Of a DNA stretch of 64,000 bases, positions 47,231 through 57,112 are shown piece by piece. The notes beneath the pieces were generated by a model. The model was not told the origin of the DNA. It did no database searches and saw only the letters and a list, made by a program, of their open reading frames with translations. Every line of letters starts with the position of its first letter. Position 1 is the first letter of the stretch. The stretch is from an uncultured Parachlamydiaceae bacterium (GTDB lineage Bacteria > Chlamydiota > Chlamydiia > Chlamydiales > Parachlamydiaceae). Made by a program: the position numbers and the translations under genes. Location: NCBI GenBank assembly GCA_963742415.1, contig CAVULX010000003.1, positions 224,001-288,000 of the forward strand, in the 5' to 3' direction.

Positions 47231-47716
47231 ATGGACAAAGAGAATATTGCACAAAATTTGCATCGTGTTTTCATAGAGAACAGATGGACACTCAGCGCTG
47301 CTGAATCCTGCACTGGAGGGCGCTTATCAGCTCGTTTAACCACCCTTCCGGGAGCCTCCAAGTATTTTCTGGGCTCTGTCGTTGTTTATTCAAATATGTT
47401 GAAGGTGAACCTTTTGAAAATTTCACCTCAAATCCTTTCCTCTTTTGGCGCCGTCAGCAAGCAAACCGTGGAAGCGATGATTCAAGGGATCTTAGATCTT
47501 ACCCGCAGCGACTATGCCGTGGCTGTTTCGGGCATTGCGGGCCCCGAAGGGGGTTCCTCTGAAAAGCCCATAGGAACTCTATGGGGAGGCTTAGGCAGCC
47601 GCAAAGGAAAGATGCACGTCTGGCAATTTCATCTCCAAGGAACACGGGAGCAAATTATGGAATCTACTGTGGATGTACTCTTGCAAGCCCTTTTGGATTT
47701 TGTGCCTATTGAATAA
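47231..47716 (+). CDS. pncC: CinA C-terminal / PncC nicotinamide-nucleotide amidohydrolase
   Basis: AESCTGG, GAVS, SGIAGPEGGS..KPIGT. Confidence 0.88.
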   Translation: MDKENIAQNLHRVFIENRWTLSAAESCTGGRLSARLTTLPGASKYFLGSVVVYSNMLKVNLLKISPQILSSFGAVSKQTVEAMIQGILDLTRSDYAVAVSGIAGPEGGSSEKPIGTLWGGLGSRKGKMHVWQFHLQGTREQIMESTVDVLLQALLDFVPIE

Positions 47717-48605
47717 TGATCCAGCTTTTTGGAATCAGATCTCCTGTGTCTGAACAATATGCCGGATTGAACCACGGGGTAGGAGCCACGACGATTTTTT
47801 CAGGATTCTGGTTCAAATAAGCTCCCCACCATGAGAAGCTGGAATTGCTCACGATATTGTTCTTGCAGAGGCTCATCAGAAAAAGGTCGTGGTAGTGTTT
47901 TTCCCCTTCAATAAAAACGATATCGCGAGGGATGGAAGCGAAGTTTTTTTTGCACCAACCGATTTTATTGGAAAAAACCACAAATAGCGCATCTTCGGGA
48001 AAAAGGGCGATGGCTTTTTTAAAATAATCTAACGGAAGAGTGTTATGCGCCTTCTGCTCCGGATCTTCTCTTATATACGACCGGTAGTGTATGGATACGG
48101 TCTTGGGGTGGTTAATGATCCCTTCATATTTTCCCTTGAGATAGTTCATAATCTCGGTCGAAGGGGCAAAAAGCTGTAAGATCTCGGCTCGATGATGGGC
48201 AAAATACTTCTCAGATTGAAACCAACCAAAGATTTTCATATTTGGCCGATACTGTATAGGCACATAGGAATAACGGGGTTCACGATAAGTATAATTTAAA
48301 GGGCGCATCCCATTTTTAACTTTCACGCGAAAAAGAACTTTTTCATAGTTTTCTTTAAAATTAAAAACGGGATCTGAGGGTTGCACCAAAGTGGGAAAAA
48401 CTGGGATGGCATTATGATCCAGCGCTAAGCTTGTGGCAGCAGCGATCTGAAACATCTGATTGCCCAGCTGCCCCATGAGCTCTGCGGAAACAAATGGTTT
48501 CGCAGCCGAAATAAGAAATATTGGAATTATACTAATTATCGATATCAGTAGAAAAATGGGTCTGAACATAACTTTCCTTAAGTTTGAAGATTTTCTATAT
48601 GTCAA
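47706..48605 (-). CDS. Alpha-1,2-fucosyltransferase (GT11)
   Basis: GQLGNQMFQ, GWFQSEKYF, SIHYR, FSN, NSSFSWWGAYL. Confidence 0.9.
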   Translation of the reverse strand: MTYRKSSNLRKVMFRPIFLLISIISIIPIFLISAAKPFVSAELMGQLGNQMFQIAAATSLALDHNAIPVFPTLVQPSDPVFNFKENYEKVLFRVKVKNGMRPLNYTYREPRYSYVPIQYRPNMKIFGWFQSEKYFAHHRAEILQLFAPSTEIMNYLKGKYEGIINHPKTVSIHYRSYIREDPEQKAHNTLPLDYFKKAIALFPEDALFVVFSNKIGWCKKNFASIPRDIVFIEGEKHYHDLFLMSLCKNNIVSNSSFSWWGAYLNQNPEKIVVAPTPWFNPAYCSDTGDLIPKSWIIIQ

Positions 48606-49537
48606 TTCATCTGCTCAGGGAGCCTATGATAGGGCTTTTTGGCGCGGATGTAGGCATCAAAAAAATTTTGCAAATTTGGATCTACTTTGTTTGCATTGAT
48701 GGGGTTGGTCATATTATAGATATAATTTAAATTTTCTATGAATGCATGATGTTCAGCTGCCATTTCTGCTAAGGGGAACATAATTGCCATATCTCCTGTC
48801 ATGATAAAAAATTGTCCTTCATAAAGCAGGTCTTCCAGTTCTATTTTTTTAAAAAGCCACGCATAGCAAGTTCTTAAGTGGGAAGGGCACTTTTCCGATC
48901 GGTAGCTGTGCTGCGCTATCGTTTCAGGTTTAATCGGCTCGCACCAGGCCACAATATTATTTGGATATTCAAGAAGCGTCCCATGAGTATACCAAACGTG
49001 GCCTAGCGAATATATTTCATTCAGCTCCTGGAACACAAACGGATGGTAGAGCCAATCATCCCCATCGACTGTGACAGTAATATCTTCATCCCGGCAGCTA
49101 TGGATCATCCGATATATATTTGCCAAAGGACCCCGCCTGTTCACATTTCTGACCAATGTAAAAAAATGGTATTCTCGATTGACAAGCTGACTAAAAAGAG
49201 CTGTGGCATCCGAAATGCCGCCGGCGATGTTATCGTCAAAATCGATCACCTGAATATCTTTTCCACAATCGACCACGTAGTCGGCAACAAGTTGGGCTGT
49301 TGAATCGGTAGAATGATCATCGACATATATGATTCTAAAATTGGAATAGTGCTGCTTGAAAATAGAATTGAGATTATTTTGATACCATCTCTCGTTGTTA
49401 TAAGAAGGAATAACAACAGTAATCATTTTTTCCCCGTTTTCCTTACTGGAATTGAGTAGAAAAGCAGCATCGAGAGAAGTTAAGCAAAATAAAATGTCCG
49501 CCAATAATATAGCCAATCTTTCGAAAGCCATACGCAT
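48602..49537 (-). CDS. Glycosyltransferase family 2 (copy 1)
   Basis: VVIPSYNN, VDDHSTD, VDGDD; hydrophobic leader. Confidence 0.88.
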   Translation of the reverse strand: MRMAFERLAILLADILFCLTSLDAAFLLNSSKENGEKMITVVIPSYNNERWYQNNLNSIFKQHYSNFRIIYVDDHSTDSTAQLVADYVVDCGKDIQVIDFDDNIAGGISDATALFSQLVNREYHFFTLVRNVNRRGPLANIYRMIHSCRDEDITVTVDGDDWLYHPFVFQELNEIYSLGHVWYTHGTLLEYPNNIVAWCEPIKPETIAQHSYRSEKCPSHLRTCYAWLFKKIELEDLLYEGQFFIMTGDMAIMFPLAEMAAEHHAFIENLNYIYNMTNPINANKVDPNLQNFFDAYIRAKKPYHRLPEQMN

Positions 49538-49617
49538 TTTCTTGTCACGCTTTTCTTTTTACAATTTGAAACATAAATCCCTCCTATTTCATTAATGGAA
49601 ATAGACGATTCCACATG

Positions 49618-50571
49618 TCAATCCATCTGCTCAGGGAGCCTTTGATAGGGCCTTTTGGAACGAATATAACCATCAAAGAAATTCTGCAAATTTGGATCTA
49701 CTTTGTTTTCATTGATCGGGTTGCTGATATTATAAACATAGTTTACATTTTTTATAAATGCATGACGTTCTGCTGCCATTTCTGCTAGAGGGAACATGAT
49801 CGCCATGTCTCCTGTCATGGGGAAAAAATTTTCCCCATACAACAAATCTTCAAGCTGAATTTTTTTAAAAAGCCACGTATAGCACGTTCTTAAATGGGAA
49901 GGGCACTTATGGGAGCGATAGCTATGTTCCGCTATAGTTTCTGCTTTAATTGGCTCGCACCAGGCCACAACATTATTTGGATACTCAATAAGAGTCCCAT
50001 GAGTGAACCACACATGGCCTCTAGAATATACTTCATTTAACTCTTGGAAAACATTTGAATGGTAAAGCCAATCATCTCCATCGACTGTGACAACAATATC
50101 TTCATCCTGACAACTATGAACCATCCGGTATAAATTTTCTAGAGGTCCCCGCCTGTTCACATTCCTGACCAATGTAAAAAAATGGTCCTCCTGGTTGACA
50201 AGTTGGCTAAAAAGAGCTGCCGCCTCAACGATACCGCCGACATCGCTATCGTCAAAGTCGATCACCTGAATATCTCTTCCACAATCTTGAACGTAACCGG
50301 CCACAAGTTGAGTTGTCGAATCGGTAGAATGGTCATCGACGTAAATGACTTTGAAATTGGTATATTTCTGGCAAAAAATAGAATTGAGATTTTTTTGGCA
50401 CCATGCTGCATTATTATAAGAAGGGATAACAACAGTAATCCTTTTTTCCCTATTCTCTATTTCCGTATTGTGCAAAAAAGCATTGAGTGATGTTGAATAT
50501 AATAAAAAGATAATTATCAAAAATGCATCCCATTTTTCTAAGAGGATGTATTCAAACTTAGAATATTTCAT
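49618..50571 (-). CDS. Glycosyltransferase family 2 (copy 2, tandem paralog)
   Basis: Same motifs; colinear with copy 1 with many identical blocks. Confidence 0.88.
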   Translation of the reverse strand: MKYSKFEYILLEKWDAFLIIIFLLYSTSLNAFLHNTEIENREKRITVVIPSYNNAAWCQKNLNSIFCQKYTNFKVIYVDDHSTDSTTQLVAGYVQDCGRDIQVIDFDDSDVGGIVEAAALFSQLVNQEDHFFTLVRNVNRRGPLENLYRMVHSCQDEDIVVTVDGDDWLYHSNVFQELNEVYSRGHVWFTHGTLIEYPNNVVAWCEPIKAETIAEHSYRSHKCPSHLRTCYTWLFKKIQLEDLLYGENFFPMTGDMAIMFPLAEMAAERHAFIKNVNYVYNISNPINENKVDPNLQNFFDGYIRSKRPYQRLPEQMD

Positions 50572-50683
50572 ATTCGAGTCCTTTTCTTTTCGGTTGAATA
50601 TCTCAATCTCATTTTATTTATTGATTCTGTAATTCAGTTCAAGTAAATTAATTTTTTTACTTTGAACAGGTGAATAATCCCTT

Positions 50684-52108
50684 ATGGGACTTTGGACACG
50701 TAAGTCTATTAAAGAGCTTGAAAGAAAAAGTGAAGAGGGCAGTCACAAGCTGCGCCGCACTCTAGGCCCCTTTGATCTGGTGATGTTAGGTATCGGTTGC
50801 ATCATCGGTGCGGGTTTATTTTCTATCACGGGAATTGCAGCCTCTGAAAATGCAGGGCCGGCTATTGTGCTTTCCTTCATTATTGCTGCAATTGGATGCG
50901 CCTTTGCAGGGCTATGCTACAGTGAACTTGCAGCGATGATCCCTATTGCGGGAAGTGCCTATACATACGCCTTTGCAACAATGGGGGAACTGCCGGCCTG
51001 GATCATTGGCTGGACCCTTATTTTGGAGTACGCTCTAGGAGCTGCAGCAGTTTCAATTAGTTGGTCAGCCTATGTTATCTCTTTATTAGAAGATTTTAAC
51101 ATAAGTTTTCCTTCATCAATCGTCGCCTCTCCGTGGCAATCGGTAGCTTTGTCAAGCGGTGCTCATGAATTTGGCTATATCAACCTTCCGGCATTAATTA
51201 TCATTACCTTTATTTCACTTGTTTTAATAATTGGAATTAAACAATCTGCTTTAGTCAATACCATCATGGTCATCATCAAAGTATCTGTGGTTTTCGTCTT
51301 TATTGTGCTGGGCTTCTTTTTCATCGAATACTCCAACTACCACCCTTTCTTACCAGAAAATACAGGTTCTTTTGGCGATTTCGGTTGGAGCGGTGTCTTA
51401 AGAGCTGCTGGCGTTGTTTTTTTTGCCTTTATTGGCTTCGACGCTGTATCAACTGCAGCACAAGAAGCCAAATCTCCTCAAAAGTCGCTTCCTATTGGAA
51501 TTTTAGGCTCTTTATTGATTTGCACGGCATTATACATCCTTTTTGCTTTTGTCATGACCGGCCTTGTTAACTATAAAGACCTCAATGTGGCTGCCCCTGC
51601 AGCTCTAGCCATTGAGCACACCCCTTTCCATTGGCTTCAATGGCTTGTCAAAATCGCTATCTTAGCTGGATTATCCTCTGTCATTTTAGTCCTTTTACTC
51701 GGGCAATCCCGCATTTTTTTTTCTATGGCCCGCGATGGTCTTCTTCCCCAAATGTTTTGCAATATCCACCCTATATTCCACACCCCTTGGATCTCCACCC
51801 TTATCCTCATGGTCTTCGCTGGTTCTATTGGAGCCTTTGCTTCGTTGGAAGTCGTTGGAAGGATGACCAGTATCGGCACCTTGCTTGCATTCGTGATTGT
51901 TTGCGTGGGAGTTTTGATTTTACGCTACAGGGAACCCAAACTTCTCCGCCCTTTCAGAACTCCTTGGGTGCCCTTTGTTCCCATCATGGGCATCTTGGTT
52001 TGCTTAACGATGATGCTGTCCTTAGGGTTTGAAAGCTGGGCGCGCCTCATCATCTGGATGGCTATCGGATTCATTATCTATTTTTATTACGGCCGCTATC
52101 ACCGGTAG
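50684..52108 (+). CDS. APC family amino acid permease
   Basis: GIGCIIGAGLF, AGPAI, GSAYTY, FFAFIGFD, MARDGLLP; about 12 TMs. Confidence 0.93.
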   Translation: MGLWTRKSIKELERKSEEGSHKLRRTLGPFDLVMLGIGCIIGAGLFSITGIAASENAGPAIVLSFIIAAIGCAFAGLCYSELAAMIPIAGSAYTYAFATMGELPAWIIGWTLILEYALGAAAVSISWSAYVISLLEDFNISFPSSIVASPWQSVALSSGAHEFGYINLPALIIITFISLVLIIGIKQSALVNTIMVIIKVSVVFVFIVLGFFFIEYSNYHPFLPENTGSFGDFGWSGVLRAAGVVFFAFIGFDAVSTAAQEAKSPQKSLPIGILGSLLICTALYILFAFVMTGLVNYKDLNVAAPAALAIEHTPFHWLQWLVKIAILAGLSSVILVLLLGQSRIFFSMARDGLLPQMFCNIHPIFHTPWISTLILMVFAGSIGAFASLEVVGRMTSIGTLLAFVIVCVGVLILRYREPKLLRPFRTPWVPFVPIMGILVCLTMMLSLGFESWARLIIWMAIGFIIYFYYGRYHR

Positions 52109-52163
52109 TTCCTGACGGCTTTAATAGCTTTAAAATTAATCTTACTTTCTGTATCATCTTTTC

Positions 52164-53039
52164 ATGAGTTTATCCAATCAGCTTTTACATGAATATGCCC
52201 TTATAGATAGCGGCAATGGCCGTAAATTGGAGCAATTCGGTCCTTTCAAGATCTCCCGCCCTGCCTCGCAAGCAGTTTGGCAACCTCTTTTATCTAAAGA
52301 TGAGTGGGATCAGGCAGAAGCTTTTTTTACACGGGAACCCGACAACCGGTGGATTAAAAAAAAACAGCTCCCTGAAGCTTGGGCAATAACTGTTGCGGGT
52401 ATTGTTTTCAAGTTATCCCCTACAGATTTTGGCCACTTGGGGATTTTTCCTGAACAATACCCCTTTTGGGAATGGATCAAAAGCACCATTCAACGGGCGA
52501 AAAATTCCGGATGGGAACAAGTGCGCGTCCTCAATTTATTTGCCTACTCTGGCGGCTCAACCCTAGCCGCAGCTCAAGCCGGAGCCCACGTTTGCCACTT
52601 GGATGCCTCCAAAGGGATGGTGGCCTGGGCTAGAGAAAATGCAGCCTTAAACAAATTAGAGAAGGCGCCCATCCGTTGGATTGTCGATGACGTTAAAAAG
52701 TTTTTATCTCGAGAAATAAGACGCAACAACCGTTATGAAGCCATTATTTTGGATCCACCAAGCTTTGGGCGAGGAAACCAAGGGGAAGTATTTAAAATTG
52801 AAGATGACATCCACCAACTCTTATCCGACTGCCGCCAATTATTGTCAGAAAAGCCCCTCTTTGTTTTTTTCTCCTGCCACACCCCCGGATTCACTCCCAT
52901 TACTATGAATCATCTGATGCATCAAATGATCCCTTCTTCGGAAGGAAAGATAGAATATGGTGAAATGGTTTTGAAAGGCAACAACCGTGTCTTAGAATTA
53001 CCAAGTGGAACCTTCGCAAGGTGGTATCGTGAGCTCTAA
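52164..53039 (+). CDS. SAM-dependent methyltransferase (RlmI/RlmK-like)
   Basis: GIFPEQ, LNLFAYSGG, ILDPPSFG. Confidence 0.88.
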   Translation: MSLSNQLLHEYALIDSGNGRKLEQFGPFKISRPASQAVWQPLLSKDEWDQAEAFFTREPDNRWIKKKQLPEAWAITVAGIVFKLSPTDFGHLGIFPEQYPFWEWIKSTIQRAKNSGWEQVRVLNLFAYSGGSTLAAAQAGAHVCHLDASKGMVAWARENAALNKLEKAPIRWIVDDVKKFLSREIRRNNRYEAIILDPPSFGRGNQGEVFKIEDDIHQLLSDCRQLLSEKPLFVFFSCHTPGFTPITMNHLMHQMIPSSEGKIEYGEMVLKGNNRVLELPSGTFARWYREL

Positions 53040-53850
53040 ACTTGACATCACAAGTGCTCAAAATCCTCGTATAAAACAGGCTGCCAGATTATGGGACAGA
53101 AAAGAAAGGGATGGATCAGGCCTTTTTTTAATCGAAGGGTATCGGGAACTGCTGCGAGCATGTGAAGCTGGATGGAAGATAGAATCCCTTTATGTATGCC
53201 CAGAACTCTTCTTGGGAAGCAATGAGAACATCCTCATTCAACGTCTTGTCAAAAAAGGAACCCAATCTTTCAATTGTTCTTCTTCTGTATTTCATAAACT
53301 CTCTTATAGAGATCGCCCCGACGGTTTAATTGGAGTGGCAAAACAGATCCACAAATCTCTATCCGATTTGGATTCCATTCTCTCCCAACGCAAATCCCCC
53401 TTTTTAGTTGTAGCTGAAGCTATTGAAAAACCGGGAAATTTAGGCACCATCCTCCGCTCTTCCGATGCTGTCGCCATCGATGCTCTCATTGTCGCAGATC
53501 CTTGCACAGATATCTTCAACCCTAACGTGGTCCGCGCCAGTGTCGGCACCTTATTCACCGTTCCTGTCATTCAAACAACCGGTTCTGAAGCTCTTGAATG
53601 GCTAAAATCCCATGGAATTGCTATTTTAGCAGCCACCCCTGCAGCGCAAGATGAGTTTACGCAAGTCAATATGAATCGCCCTTTAGCCATTGCTGTAGGC
53701 ACCGAACAATTGGGATTATCTGAAACATGGATGAAGCAAGCTGACCTCCAGGTACGTATTCCGATGTTGGGCGTTGCCGATTCGTTAAATGTCGCTATGG
53801 CAACGACGTTAATGCTTTATGAGGCTCTGCGGCAGCGCACGCGAGAGTAA
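53029..53850 (+). CDS. TrmH/SpoU family RNA methyltransferase
   Basis: ITSAQNP, EKPGNLGTILRS, GTEQLGLS, IPM.GVADSLNV; GTG start at 53029. Confidence 0.92.
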   Translation: MSSKLDITSAQNPRIKQAARLWDRKERDGSGLFLIEGYRELLRACEAGWKIESLYVCPELFLGSNENILIQRLVKKGTQSFNCSSSVFHKLSYRDRPDGLIGVAKQIHKSLSDLDSILSQRKSPFLVVAEAIEKPGNLGTILRSSDAVAIDALIVADPCTDIFNPNVVRASVGTLFTVPVIQTTGSEALEWLKSHGIAILAATPAAQDEFTQVNMNRPLAIAVGTEQLGLSETWMKQADLQVRIPMLGVADSLNVAMATTLMLYEALRQRTRE

Positions 53851-53854
53851 GCTG

Positions 53855-54499
53855 ATGAGACTTCAAATCCTCTATGAAGACAATCATCTCCTTGTTGTTA
53901 ATAAACCTGCAGGCTTGCTAACCCAGCCAAGCGGGACAAAGCAAAACAATCTAGAAGATCTTTGTAAATCCTATATCAAAACGAAGTGTAAGAAGACGGG
54001 TGCGGTTTTTTTAGAAGCCGTTCATAGGCTCGACAAACCGGTAAGCGGCGTTGTGGTTTTTGCCCGCACAAGCAAAGCTTTAACACGGCTACATACGGCT
54101 ATCCGGGAAAAAAATTGCCAAAAAACTTACATCGCCGCTGTGGAAGGGGTTCCAACAAGCTTGGAAGGAACCCTTGACGATGATATCGTGCACCTTTCCC
54201 ACGCCGCTTCCGTGGATGCAAACCATCCCAAAGCCAAGAATGCGGTATTACACTATAAACTCATCGGCCACTGGGAAAAGGGAGCGATCCTCGAAATCAT
54301 CCTCGAAACAGGCCGCTACCATCAAATTCGAATTCAGCTGGCTTCGATGGGCTGCCCGATAAAAGGGGATTTTAAATATGGCAGTAAAATTCCCTTCGAA
54401 AATGATTGCATTGCTTTGCATCACGCCCGCATGGAAATTTCCCACCCGGTTTCGGGGTTGCCGCTGCTTTTCGAATCCCCCTGCCCCTTTTATAATTAA
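53855..54499 (+). CDS. RluA family pseudouridine synthase
   Basis: LYED, NKPAG, HRLDKPVSG, TGRYHQIR, GDFKYG, LHH. Confidence 0.93.
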   Translation: MRLQILYEDNHLLVVNKPAGLLTQPSGTKQNNLEDLCKSYIKTKCKKTGAVFLEAVHRLDKPVSGVVVFARTSKALTRLHTAIREKNCQKTYIAAVEGVPTSLEGTLDDDIVHLSHAASVDANHPKAKNAVLHYKLIGHWEKGAILEIILETGRYHQIRIQLASMGCPIKGDFKYGSKIPFENDCIALHHARMEISHPVSGLPLLFESPCPFYN

Positions 54500-54817
54500 T
54501 GTAAGTTGCAAATTACTGAGTGTAATCAAGTTTAAAAAACCTCTGTGTTCTCGTGATCTCTGTGGTTTATTAAAATTCAACCATAGAGTTCACAGAGATC
54601 ACAGAGAGATAATAAATTTAATTATTTGCAACTTACGTTAATTAATAATTATAATAAATTAAGTAATTAATGTAAGTTGCAAATTACTGAGTGTAATCAA
54701 GTTTAAAAAACCTCTGTATTCTCTGTGATCTCTGTGGTTTATTAAAATTCAACCACAGAGTTCACAGAGATCACAGAGAGATAATAAATTTAATTATTTG
54801 CAACTCACGTTAATTAA
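54493..54817. mobile_element. Two tandem copies (171-bp period) of the ~150-bp CACAGAG palindromic element
   Basis: Copies at 54493-54645 and 54664-54817 have TAATTAATGTAAGTTGCAAA / TTTGCAACT(T/C)ACGTTAATTA ends and a CTCTGTG...CACAGAG core. A third copy sits inside the 14.0-kb element. Confidence 0.85.
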
Positions 54818-54870
54818 TAAATTAAGTAATTAATAGTTGAATTAAAATATGATTAACCTATATTATTGTA

Positions 54871-55299
54871 ATGTTATTTAAAAAAATTATAGGTTATTAT
54901 ATGATGTTTATTGACGCCATAAATAGAATTCAAGAATATAATTATTTACAAAACACAAATAATCAAGATCAACCGCAATATTATTTAAACCAAACAACGA
55001 GCTATTATCCAGAGCAAGCTGGAAATGATTACTCTAATTCTGGACAACCCATAAATTCAAACTCTATTGATTATCAATCCCTCCAAAACGCAATAAATAA
55101 AAGTTTCACCGAGACTGAAAGATTTGCAGTTGAATGTGATTTTATAGCTATAGAGGCAAAGGTGTTGGGTTTACAAATTCAAAACACTTCTAAAAAAATA
55201 CAAAAATATTTATCAAATGCTCATCAGCCGCAGAAGAAGGCTCAGCAGGAATGGGACTTTATTGGTTATAAAGAAAACTCATTCGAATATGATGATTAA
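54871..55299 (+). CDS. AT-rich N/Q-rich hypothetical protein
   Basis: 142-aa ORF; TTGAAT-16-TATATT just upstream; true start may be 54901. Confidence 0.5.
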   Translation: MLFKKIIGYYMMFIDAINRIQEYNYLQNTNNQDQPQYYLNQTTSYYPEQAGNDYSNSGQPINSNSIDYQSLQNAINKSFTETERFAVECDFIAIEAKVLGLQIQNTSKKIQKYLSNAHQPQKKAQQEWDFIGYKENSFEYDD

Positions 55300-55341
55300 G
55301 AGGTTGTTCACAAACTTTTAAGGAATCGGAAAAATCCACCG

Positions 55342-55785
55342 ATGGAAAAGCAATTAGAGCTTTACCTTTATAAACAGATCCCTATATCCAAAGCTATGGG
55401 GATTCAGGTCGAACACGCCTCGCCAGATAGAATCCTCCTTTCAGCTCCATTAAGCAACAATATCAACCACAAAAAAACTGTTTTTGGAGGAAGTTTGCAT
55501 GCTGCCGCAACTCTAGCCTGTTGGAGTTTGTTATATGTAAACTTAAAAGAAGCCAAGGAAGGGCACGTCCAAATCGTGATCACAAAAAGTGAAATTCTTT
55601 ACCAGGTTCCAGTGGAAGGTGATTTTAAAGTAGAATGTCGAATGGAGGATCCCTCTGCTTGGCATCGATTTCTAAAGACCCTCCATTTAAAAGGAAAAGC
55701 CCGCATCACCTTGTCTGCGAAGATTCTCCAGCAAGGGAAACTCGCTGTTGATTTTCAAGGCACATTTGCAGCTATAAAATCATAA
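55342..55785 (+). CDS. Thioesterase, YiiD C-terminal (hotdog fold) family
   Basis: IPISKAMGI, APLSNNINHKKTVFGGS, LACW. Confidence 0.87.
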   Translation: MEKQLELYLYKQIPISKAMGIQVEHASPDRILLSAPLSNNINHKKTVFGGSLHAAATLACWSLLYVNLKEAKEGHVQIVITKSEILYQVPVEGDFKVECRMEDPSAWHRFLKTLHLKGKARITLSAKILQQGKLAVDFQGTFAAIKS

Positions 55786-55849
55786 CATGACCGCGCTCTT
55801 GCCGCCTGAATTTGTAGTGTTATTTTACCTGTTGGTATAAAATTGAAGC

Positions 55850-57112
55850 ATGGAAGCGCAGAAATATGCAACTCAAATTGTCAAAAGGTTGGTGAAGGCA
55901 GGCCATGTAGCTTACTTCGCAGGGGGTTGGGTGAGGGATTTAGTCATGAAACACCCTTCTGCCGATGTCGATATCGCTACAAATGCCCTTCCAGAAAAAA
56001 TTCTCGACTTATTTCCCAATACAATCCTTGTCGGATTAGCTTTTGGAGTTGTCATTGTGGTCATCGAAGGGCATCAATTTGAAGTATCCACATTCCGAAA
56101 AGACCTAAGCTACGAAGGGGGAAGACGCCCCACTGCGATTGAATTCACCGACGAGAAGATCGATGCGTCCAGGCGCGATTTCACGATCAACGGGATGTTT
56201 TATGATCCTTTGGAAGATGCAATTATCGATTACGTCGGGGGTGTCGAGGATATCAAGAAAGGGATCATCCGTACGATCGGCGACCCTCAAGAGCGTTTTG
56301 TTGAAGACCGGTTGAGGATGATCCGTGCGGTGCGATTCAGCTCCCGTTTTGGCTTCAAGATCGATTATGAAACAGAAGAGGCGATTATTCAGAACGCAGA
56401 CACCCTCTTTCCTGCAGTGGCCATGGAACGGATATGGCAAGAATTTAATAAAATGGCCGCTTTTCCCCATCTTGATCATGCCATGATTGAGCTCCATCGG
56501 TTGGGTCTTCTCCCCGTTATTCTGCCGCTGCTTCAGAAAGTCCATCTGACAGAAATTAAGCATCAAGTAACTCCTTTCCCTTTTTTTCCTGAAAATTGCC
56601 CTACCATCTTGTATCTCATGGAACTTTTTCCTAGCGCCTCCCTTGCACAACAGCTCGAATTATGCCAGTACCTGAAAGCCAGCGGGCACGACATGAAGCT
56701 TGTGGAATTTATTTTTACAATGAGAAACCTTGAAGAACAAGAAATACAAAAAAAAGAGGGTGCGAATTTATCTGATTGGGCTCACCAATATGCGCATCGT
56801 TCCTCCCAACTTTGCCTTGAAGTGATCGCGGCAAGGCTCAAACGAGCCGGAGAATCCAACGCTTTTTTAGAAAAACATAATAAACGTCGCCAAGCCCTGA
56901 CAAAGCATGTAGAAAGGATCCAAATGAAAAAGCCTCTTGTTTCGGCGTCCCTCTTGCAAGAAGCAGGAGTTCCTATAGGCAAAGAAATGGGGTTTTTGTT
57001 AAAGGAAGCAGAAAGGTTAACGATTACGCATGATTTGGATGACCCTAATGCAGCTTTAGAAAAATTAAAAGAATCGCCCCTCTGGAGGGAACGGAAGAAC
57101 TTACAATGTTAA
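55850..57112 (+). CDS. CCA tRNA nucleotidyltransferase / poly(A) polymerase family
   Basis: GGWVRD, DVDIAT, RRDFTINGM, EDRLRMIRAVRF. Confidence 0.92.
   Translation: MEAQKYATQIVKRLVKAGHVAYFAGGWVRDLVMKHPSADVDIATNALPEKILDLFPNTILVGLAFGVVIVVIEGHQFEVSTFRKDLSYEGGRRPTAIEFTDEKIDASRRDFTINGMFYDPLEDAIIDYVGGVEDIKKGIIRTIGDPQERFVEDRLRMIRAVRFSSRFGFKIDYETEEAIIQNADTLFPAVAMERIWQEFNKMAAFPHLDHAMIELHRLGLLPVILPLLQKVHLTEIKHQVTPFPFFPENCPTILYLMELFPSASLAQQLELCQYLKASGHDMKLVEFIFTMRNLEEQEIQKKEGANLSDWAHQYAHRSSQLCLEVIAARLKRAGESNAFLEKHNKRRQALTKHVERIQMKKPLVSASLLQEAGVPIGKEMGFLLKEAERLTITHDLDDPNAALEKLKESPLWRERKNLQC

Noticed and set aside
54248-54641. ORFs 54248..54580 (-) and 54378..54641 (+)
   Set aside because: They overlap the rluA-like gene and run into the CACAGAG repeat.
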